A DNA stretch of 32,406 bases, taken from a candidate division TA06 bacterium SM23_40. Its GTDB lineage: Bacteria; LJUI01; SM1-40. The notes under the pieces were generated by a model. It did no database searches, was not told the origin of the DNA, and was given only the letters and a program-made list of their open reading frames with translations. The DNA lies in assembly GCA_001303705.1 (NCBI GenBank), contig LJUI01000011.1:1-32406 (forward strand), given 5' to 3'. Positions 25,999-32,406 of this stretch are shown here, piece by piece (the stretch's first letter is position 1; every line of letters begins with the position of its first letter). The position numbers and the translations under genes are program-made.

Positions 25999-26818
25999 CC
26001 TGCTGACGCGGATCGCGGAACGCCCATTCAAGGAGACGCGGCAGGCAGTGCTCTCTGGCACGCTCGTGGTTGTTCTCCTGGCAGGATCGGCTGTGTGTGG
26101 AGCGGCCGACGTGGCCACCGGCCACTACAATCGCGGGAACGAACGGTATGCCGCCGGTGAATACGATGAGGCGATCGAGGAGTACCTCGGGGCAGTCGCC
26201 TGTGGGGTGGAGAACGGTGTCCTGTCCTATAACCTGGGGAATGCCTACTTCAAACAGGGCGACCTGGGGAGGGCGATCCTCTGGTACGAGCGGGCGCGGC
26301 TGCTGCTGCCGCGGGATGGGGATGTGAACGCGAACCTCGACTATGCCCGCAGCTTCCTCGTGGACGATATTCCAATGCCCTCTTCCGGCACCCTTTTGAG
26401 ATGGCTGTTCGCGATCAGTGACTTCTTGAACCTCCGTGAACTCGCCCTCTTGGTCTCAGGACTGTATGCGGCACTTGTCGCCGCCGGTATCGCCCTCATC
26501 TTCTTACGAGGAGACCGCCTCCGGAAAGGTCTTCTCGCACTCCTCATCATCCTCGGTTGCCTTCTCCTCTTCTACGGCAGCATCTTCGGGCACCGGATCT
26601 ATGCCCGCTCCCACACTACTCACGCCATTATCCTGGCCATGGAGACCGACGCGCGGAGCGGCCCGGGCGAAGACTATCAGAAGCTCTTCGCGCTCCACCG
26701 GGGGACGAACGTGGAGATCGGGGAAATGCGCCAGGGATGGGTGCTCATCAAGCTCGTTACCGGCGCCGGCGGCTGGATCGCAGCCGACCACCTCGAACCC
26801 ATCCGGGGACGTACCTAG
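25991..26818 (+). CDS. batE: BatE (TPR + TM + SH3b)
   Basis: GNERYAAGEYDEAIEEY, YNLGNAYFKQGDLGRAILWYERA..L.P.D.DV..NL, two TM helices, RSGPG..Y..LF.LH.G..V...GWI. The stop codon overlaps the IS left end. Confidence 0.9.
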   Translation: MGSLLTRIAERPFKETRQAVLSGTLVVVLLAGSAVCGAADVATGHYNRGNERYAAGEYDEAIEEYLGAVACGVENGVLSYNLGNAYFKQGDLGRAILWYERARLLLPRDGDVNANLDYARSFLVDDIPMPSSGTLLRWLFAISDFLNLRELALLVSGLYAALVAAGIALIFLRGDRLRKGLLALLIILGCLLLFYGSIFGHRIYARSHTTHAIILAMETDARSGPGEDYQKLFALHRGTNVEIGEMRQGWVLIKLVTGAGGWIAADHLEPIRGRT

Positions 26819-28458
26819 TTCGCGCTGAAAAATGACTTTTGTTGCAGTGCTTTACTGAGATCAAATGGGGGTGGTCCCGATCTTTCTATCTCGATCGGGC
26901 CCGGATCTTGACGTTCGCTACACCGGACACAGTACCTTGCCCCATTTCCTCAGGTTCCGCGCGATAGCGACCAGGCACATGTTTATCGTGTCTCCCTCGG
27001 GTCCCTTATACCGAGATCGGTCCATTCTGTGGTCTGTCTTGAGATGGCCGGTGATCGGTTCTATTGACGCTCGTCTCCTCTGTAGTCTCTGGAACCAGAA
27101 GCACGAGCGATCAGGGTGAGGGGTTTTCCCTTTCCTGGGAATAGACCATCGCTTCACCTTCTCCAGATCCTCTCCTTCATATGAAGGACGATGAAACCCC
27201 CGATCTGCACCCACCTCCTCGGGAGCCCTGCCGCAGGCCCTGTGCCAATCACTGACGGCTTGCTCCAGGAGGGTCGAATCATCCGGGTTACAGGGATACT
27301 CCCGATGAGAGACGATATACCCATTTCGATCGATCGACAGCAACACCTTACAACCATATTCATCAGGCTTCGACCGCTTGCCCTTCCGGATACAGGCAAC
27401 CTGAGGCTCATGCAGACTGTAGATCTTCCCTCTCACATGGTGACCTCTGAACCGCTCCTCAGCCTGATAGATCACCCTGGCAAGGATCTCCGATTGCTCG
27501 TGAACAGATTCCGCCAGCCGCTCTATCGCCCTGCGAGTTCTCTCGGTTCGGTTCTTCATACCCTTGCCGAGACTGGACGTGCCCTCGCCGATATGCTTGC
27601 TGCAGGCATCAAGCACGTGAGGAACCTGTTTGATCACCTCCTTCGCATATCCGGCAAGTCTGAGCACATTCTCTTCTATCCGTGCCGTCCTCCCCTTGCT
27701 CAGCTTGTTGATCTCCACAAATGCCCGCTTGCTCAACCGCGGGAAGCTCCTGACCTTCCGCTCAGTGGCAACACCGAGCCGCTGCACCGTGCGGACCGTC
27801 TTGACCAGCTTCCCGATGCCACGATACAACAGACCGCTATCGGTGGGATAGGCGATGTGCTTCTCCATCGCTGTGGTATCGACCAGCTGCGTACGCGGAC
27901 AGATCTGCTTCTCAGCGATCAGTTGCTCTCTGATGACTGCTTCTATCTTCGCCATACCCGCTGCGCCCACCCTCATGCGGAACTTCGTCAGCGAGGACGA
28001 TTCAATGAACTGGGGTGGACCATCCCCCGGATACCACGAGAGCCCGCAGAACCTCATCCAATACAGATTCTCGTGGAGATGGGCTACCACCTGTTCATCG
28101 GAGAGATTAAAACGGTGCTTGAGAATCAACAGACCAACCATCAGTCGAATCGTCTTGGCCTGTCTACCAATCGAGGAGTAGTAGGGAACGAGCTCATCGG
28201 TGATCGAATCTCAGTCGATCCGATCCGCCAGAACGATAAGCTCGTGATTTTGGTCAAGAGATGCTTGAAAATGTTGATCAAACATGTTACCCTGGATCCG
28301 TCTTCGATAAGCCATTGGTTGGCCTCCTTTCGGGCTTTGGTTTTTCGTTACCCGAATAGTAGTACGCTAAGGAGCGAGACTCAACAAAAAACCGAGTCTC
28401 TGTCAACCTTTGGCTTATCGTATTCTACGCACTTACAAACCTGTTTTTCAGCGCGAAC
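26818..28458 (-). mobile_element. IS5-family insertion sequence (~1.64 kb)
   Basis: Perfect inverted repeat TAGTTCGCGCTGAAAAA (26816-26832) / TTTTTCAGCGCGAACTA (28444-28460), with further imperfect matches inward. The outer TA dinucleotides (26816-17, 28459-60) fit a 2-bp target duplication, so ends are uncertain by 1-2 bp. It encloses one DDE transposase gene and looks lower in GC than its flanks. Confidence 0.92.
26918..28315 (-). pseudogene. IS5-family DDE transposase interrupted by an in-frame TGA at codon 35
   Basis: AAAGGAGG RBS then ATG 28315: MAYRRRIQGNMFDQHFQASLDQNHELIVLADRID*DSITDELVPYYSSIGRQAKTIRL, in frame with the 407-aa ORF (LSDEQVV..ENLYW..FCG, VDTT....IAYPTD, SLHEP....I.KGK, ADRGF, RRASIEP..GHLK). 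The stop is at 28213-28211. Confidence 0.85.
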
Positions 28459-28557
28459 TATCTAGGAAATAAAGGTTATTGCCCCGTACTCGCGCAGGTT
28501 CTCCAGAACTGTCTGTGCAACGAGCCGGTGCTGGCGGTTACTCACTTACGTGCCATT

Positions 28558-28854
28558 CGGGGACGTTGGTGGGTTCAGAAGGTTATTCCTGCTGAGTGCT
28601 CGATCCTGGAGGCCATCAGTATCTCCCCGGGGAGAACCTCGAGTATTTTCTCAGCCTTAGAACCGCTATGGGGGTCTTGTTTTTTCGAATAGATTCGGCG
28701 GAGAGCGAAGCGGGGCACAGAGAGGAGGAATCGATCAGACAGACTTGAAAACCTGAGTACGTCCCACATCCCGTAACCTACAGAACCTACCAACGTCCCT
28801 CTTCACAACCTTCTGAATCTACCAACGTCCCCGGAATACACCAACGTCCCCGGG
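28558..28854. repeat. Cluster of inward-facing copies of the GGGGACGTTGGTAGGTTCAGAAGGTTA repeat
   Basis: Plus copy at 28559-28585 (1 mismatch); minus copies at 28774-28799 and 28807-28834; partial minus copies at 28840-28854 and 28757-28765. Confidence 0.9.
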
Positions 28855-28861
28855 ATAGTAA

Positions 28862-28957
28862 AGGACGAAGTCCTGGAGCGGTTTCGAGTTGAGCTGGATG
28901 GATCTGCGCAGTGCGCAGGAGGAGGGCACCACCCAGCCTCACGTAGGACTTCGCCCT
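28862..28957 (-). ncRNA. Candidate structured RNA (three-stem rod), family unknown
   Basis: Nested stems 28862-74/28945-57 (13 bp), 28891-901/28929-40 (11 bp with a bulge) and 28904-18. Both mismatches become G-U only on the minus strand. An upstream TTGACA lies at 29022-29017. Confidence 0.45.
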
Positions 28958-29034
28958 GTTGTGTGAGGGGAGGGGTTGCTGTTTTCGTGTCCGACTTCTA
29001 TAACGCCCGGGGTCGGTGTCAAGTTCCCGAAACT

Positions 29035-30666
29035 TCAGCCAAACATCCTGCGCCTGACAAGGGCGGGCGGCATGCTCCCATAGGAGATGAGTCGGTCGTG
29101 GAACTCCTTTAGATTGAAGGTACCTCCCTTTGCCGCCGAATACTCGTCCCTCATGTTCAGGATCTCCCGCCTGCCGACGAGATAGCTCATTGGCTGGGTG
29201 GGGGTGGTAGTGTACCGTTTCACTTCGGCCAGCGCATTCATCCGCTCCACCTTGACGCGGTCGACGAGGAAGTCGAGGGCCTCCTCGAACGACATCCTCT
29301 GGGTGTGCAGGGAGGCGTCCAGAATGACGCGGGCAGCTCTCCACAGGGTATCCTTCAGCTGGAACAGACGCGTCTCGCGGTCCGGGTAGAAGCCCTGCTC
29401 ATACATCATCTCCTCACAGTACAGCGCCCACCCCTCGATGAAGACGGTGTTGTGCGCGATCTTGCGCATTTTGCTCGGGCGCTGGTTGGCGTGGACCAAC
29501 TGGAGGTGGTGACCGGGATAGCCCTCGTGCAGAGCGACGACCACGACCTTGTATCGAGAATGTCCTTTGAGCCTCTCCGCCTTCTGCTCCTCGCTCAGCG
29601 TCTCATCGATCGGGGTGACAAAGAAGTGGCCGGTCTGTTTCTCCTCGAATGGCGCGGGCGACATATATGCCGCGTAGGGAAGGAGATTCCGCTGGAAGAC
29701 CGGGGTCTCGATGATGTTGAGATCCTGTCCCTCGGGTACAGTGACGAGATCCCTGTCGACGACGAAGTTGCGGCTGCGCTCCATCTCGCTCCGGTAGAAC
29801 GAGAGGAGTTCCTCAGGGCCCGGGTGGGCGTTTTTCAGTTCCTCCACCAGCTCAGGCCAGGGACGTTGCGGGTCGATCTGCCGCGCCAGGGACGTGAGTT
29901 CCTCCTCTGTTGTGGCGAAGACCTCCTCTCCGAACGCCAGGAGCTCTCTGTGGTCGAAATCGAGGAGGTGGGAGTGCTTCAGGCGCCAATCGAAGAGATC
30001 TTTGCCAAGAGCGAAGTCGCCCGTTGACCGGGGGAGGAGATCCTTTTCCAAGAACTCGTAGTACCGGCCCATGGCCTCGGCCGCCTTGCTGCACGCCTCG
30101 TTCAGGGGCCCTGCGATTGCCGGGAGATCCTTGGCGAAGCCGGGCACGGCCTTCTCATAGAATGATATCCCGCTCTTCGTCGACTCCATGGCGATCTGCG
30201 TATGGAGCTTGGCCGGATTTCTCAGATTTCCCATCCCCTCCTCGAGCACACGGGGTATGTGACCCAGTCGCTCGACGATGCGCTCCAGCCGCTCCTCCAG
30301 GGGCGCGAATTCACGAACCAGGGGAACGAAGGTCCCCGAGAGGCCGATACTCGGGTAGATGGTGGGGTACGTCTCGTGAAGGTGGCGCTCGGCGATGTCG
30401 TTGACTTCGATATCGAGAAATCTGACGAGCAGATCGTAGTCATCGGTCTCGTCCGCCGGCAGGGCGTCCCGGTCGATCTCCTGCTCCAGTTGCTGACGGG
30501 TCTGCTTGAGGAATGAGAGATCTTCTTCTATCGCCGCGGGATCGAACCTGCCCAGGAGATGGTCATAGTCGTGTATCCCCAGGCTCGTGGCCCAGACAGG
30601 GTTCCGTTTCCACATTTCGTCGAGAAAGCGGTCGACGAAGCCGGTGAATTTCGTCGCTTGGTCCAT
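29035..30666 (-). CDS. DUF885 family protein (putative metallopeptidase-like)
   Basis: NPVWATSLGIHDYD, AAYMSP, HEGYPGHHLQ, FIEGWALYCEEMM, WRAARVILD..LH, EVKRY...PTQPMSY..G, FHD..ISYGSMP; no signal peptide. Confidence 0.9.
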   Translation of the reverse strand: MDQATKFTGFVDRFLDEMWKRNPVWATSLGIHDYDHLLGRFDPAAIEEDLSFLKQTRQQLEQEIDRDALPADETDDYDLLVRFLDIEVNDIAERHLHETYPTIYPSIGLSGTFVPLVREFAPLEERLERIVERLGHIPRVLEEGMGNLRNPAKLHTQIAMESTKSGISFYEKAVPGFAKDLPAIAGPLNEACSKAAEAMGRYYEFLEKDLLPRSTGDFALGKDLFDWRLKHSHLLDFDHRELLAFGEEVFATTEEELTSLARQIDPQRPWPELVEELKNAHPGPEELLSFYRSEMERSRNFVVDRDLVTVPEGQDLNIIETPVFQRNLLPYAAYMSPAPFEEKQTGHFFVTPIDETLSEEQKAERLKGHSRYKVVVVALHEGYPGHHLQLVHANQRPSKMRKIAHNTVFIEGWALYCEEMMYEQGFYPDRETRLFQLKDTLWRAARVILDASLHTQRMSFEEALDFLVDRVKVERMNALAEVKRYTTTPTQPMSYLVGRREILNMRDEYSAAKGGTFNLKEFHDRLISYGSMPPALVRRRMFG

Positions 30667-30768
30667 CGGTTACAGTCCTTTCTCGGTTGCGGCGCCAGGG
30701 GACACCCACACATCCTCTTCTGCCCCATGTATCCTCAGCCGGCCTGCGGGTCTTCCTGCCAGCGGGGC

Positions 30769-31215
30769 TCATTCCGAGGGGATATCCCTGGCCTGCCGGA
30801 TGGCTCGCTCGAGTTCCTCCGGGACGTCTGTTCCGATCCGATATGTGGCGCCGGTCTTCATGCGGATCTCAACAGCATACGATCCCGAGACTCGGAACAG
30901 CCAGCCGTGAGGGGTGTAGCGGATACCGTACCCATAGTACCATGGGTTCTTCACGATCCTCCACGAGTCGATATCTTTCACGAAAAATCGCTTTCGGATG
31001 ATCCCCGGCCCGAATCGCAGTTCGAGCACCCCGCCCCTGATCGCTACGGTGAGTGTCGAGAAGATGAGGAGAGTGACCCAGATAGTGACGAGCACCAGCC
31101 AGCCGATCCAATGAGGGCCCCGGGTGACCATGAGCACCGCGATGGCGAGTATCGCGACGGCAAGGGCGAAGATCAGCAGATATCCGATCTGTGTATGCTG
31201 GTAGCGAGTGATCAT
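30769..31215 (-). CDS. Small conserved membrane protein (2 TM + C-terminal beta domain)
   Basis: YQHTQIG, two hydrophobic helices, FSTLTVAI, YGYGIRYTPHGWLFRVSG..AVEI.MK.G..YRIGTD.PEEL; ATGA overlap with the folC stop. Confidence 0.8.
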   Translation of the reverse strand: MITRYQHTQIGYLLIFALAVAILAIAVLMVTRGPHWIGWLVLVTIWVTLLIFSTLTVAIRGGVLELRFGPGIIRKRFFVKDIDSWRIVKNPWYYGYGIRYTPHGWLFRVSGSYAVEIRMKTGATYRIGTDVPEELERAIRQARDIPSE

Positions 31216-32406
31216 CTCCCTTCCCTCTCCAGAAGTTCGAGCACATTCCCCACAAGGTACAGGGAGCCGGTCACGAGGATGAGATCCTCCTCCCCCGCCA
31301 GTTCGCGGGCGCGCTTCAGAGCTGATGCAGCGTCCTCGGCCACTTCGACCTCGGCCATGCGCATCCGGCCGAGCGCCGCCAATTCGTCCGGGTCCAGGGC
31401 GCGCGGTGTGTCAGCTCGCGTTGCTATCAGCGTAGTCATGTGAGGAGCGAGCTCGTCGAGGACACCCTCGACGTCCTTGTTGTTCATGATCCCCATGACG
31501 AGAATGCGCCTGCGAGACGGGATCAGTTCGTTTATGCACTCGGCGAGAGCCCGGGCCGAGGCCGGGTTGTGCGCTCCGTCGAGGACGAGGTACGGTCGCT
31601 CCGATATGAGCTGGAGCCGGCCGGGCCACTCAACACGAGCGAATCCCCGTCTCAGTGCGTCCTCGCTGATCGCGAGGCCGTTGCGCCGTACTGCATCCAG
31701 GGCGGAGAACGCGAGGCAGGCGTTCTCCAGCTGGAACCGGCCGAGGAGGGGAAGCTGGAACTCGTGTCTCGTACCACGCCAGTCGACGACGCGGAATCGC
31801 TGCCCCCTCAGGTTCTGGGATTGGAGTTGATAATCGACGTCGCGCCCGACCAGCGAGAGCTCGGCGCCGAGTGCGGATGAGACCTGTTCGATGACTGCGC
31901 GGGCTGTCGGATTCTGGGGCGAAGAGAAGGCGAGGCGCCCCCCTCTGATGATTCCTGCCTTCTCCTGGGCGATAGCATCGACCGTCGACCCGAGAAGGTC
32001 GGTGTGATCGAGACTGATAGAGGTAATGAGCGAGAGCCGGGGCTCGACGACGTTGGTGGAGTCGAGCCGGCCTCCTACCCCGACCTCGAAGATCGAGACA
32101 TCGACTGACTGGCGGATGAAGTGGAGGAGTGCCATCGCGGTGAGGATCTCGAACACGGTGCGGTACCCGGTTGTGTGGCGTGCCTCGACGAGCGGCCAGA
32201 GTTCCTCGATGAGCCCAGCGAACTCATGTTCGCGCATCGGTTCGCCATCCACCTGGAAGCGCTCGAGTACGGTTCGAAGATGGGGAGAGGTGAAGAGTCC
32301 CACCCGATGGCCGGCCTCGCGCAGAACTGATGAAAGCATTGCTGCCGTCGAGCCTTTCCCCTTTGTTCCGGCGACGAGTATGGGGAACGGCACGTGCTCG
32401 TGAGGA
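31212..32406 (-). CDS. folC: Folylpolyglutamate synthase/dihydrofolate synthase, 5'-truncated by the window end
   Basis: VAGTKGKGS, GLFTSPHL, FEVGVGGRLDSTNV, ITSISLDH..LG.T...IA.EKAGII, WPGRLQ, LDGAHNP, VTGSLYLVG. The frame stays open to the window edge. Confidence 0.95.
   Translation of the reverse strand, partial: PHEHVPFPILVAGTKGKGSTAAMLSSVLREAGHRVGLFTSPHLRTVLERFQVDGEPMREHEFAGLIEELWPLVEARHTTGYRTVFEILTAMALLHFIRQSVDVSIFEVGVGGRLDSTNVVEPRLSLITSISLDHTDLLGSTVDAIAQEKAGIIRGGRLAFSSPQNPTARAVIEQVSSALGAELSLVGRDVDYQLQSQNLRGQRFRVVDWRGTRHEFQLPLLGRFQLENACLAFSALDAVRRNGLAISEDALRRGFARVEWPGRLQLISERPYLVLDGAHNPASARALAECINELIPSRRRILVMGIMNNKDVEGVLDELAPHMTTLIATRADTPRALDPDELAALGRMRMAEVEVAEDAASALKRARELAGEEDLILVTGSLYLVGNVLELLEREGR

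Noticed and set aside
28211..28213. TGA recoded as Trp or selenocysteine
   Set aside because: TGA is a normal stop and TGG encodes Trp throughout the window, and the aligned residue is Trp rather than Cys.
27191..28465. 424-aa antisense ORF inside the IS
   Set aside because: It is in exact codon register with the transposase on the other strand, has no recognisable motifs and ends outside the inverted repeat. Most likely a shadow ORF, although E. coli IS5 does have antisense ORFs.
28586..28773. Transposase remnant between the inverted repeat copies
   Set aside because: The frames I translated and the 72-aa ORF in the track show no HUH or DDE-like motifs.
28862..28957. SRP RNA, 6S RNA or tRNA identity for the rod hairpin
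   Set aside because: It has no SRP helix-8 GNRA/AGCAG motif, is too short and lacks the large central bubble of 6S, and has no cloverleaf or T-loop.

Overview
GC-rich bacterial chromosomal window, probably from a diderm, uncultured FCB-related lineage (inference only). Most of it is housekeeping. (i) A long minus-strand cluster: coiled-coil lipoprotein, LysM protein, phoH, 7TM-HD (PgpH-like), ybeY, two CNNM/HlyC-CorC genes, mgtE, recO, glyQ, glyS and a small beta-barrel protein. It is followed by a separately promoted YidD-like/TPR/membrane fusion gene and a truncated secreted-protein gene. (ii) suhB and a convergent phosphomannomutase. (iii) A complete moxR-DUF58-bat operon with a batB-batC fusion. 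(iv) An IS5-family element with 15-17 bp terminal inverted repeats whose transposase has an in-frame TGA at a conserved Trp. (v) DUF885, a small membrane protein and a partial folC. The least explained signals are: a dispersed GGGGACGTTGGTAGGTTCAGAAGGTTA repeat family in two intergenic regions, into a variant of which the IS appears to have inserted; an orphan ~100-nt rod-shaped RNA candidate at 28862-28957; a lipoprotein/LysM gene pair whose coiled coils carry in-register cysteines (possible two-part membrane-to-peptidoglycan tether); and the signal-peptide-bearing YidD-TPR fusion. All calls come from reading motifs by eye; no searches were run.
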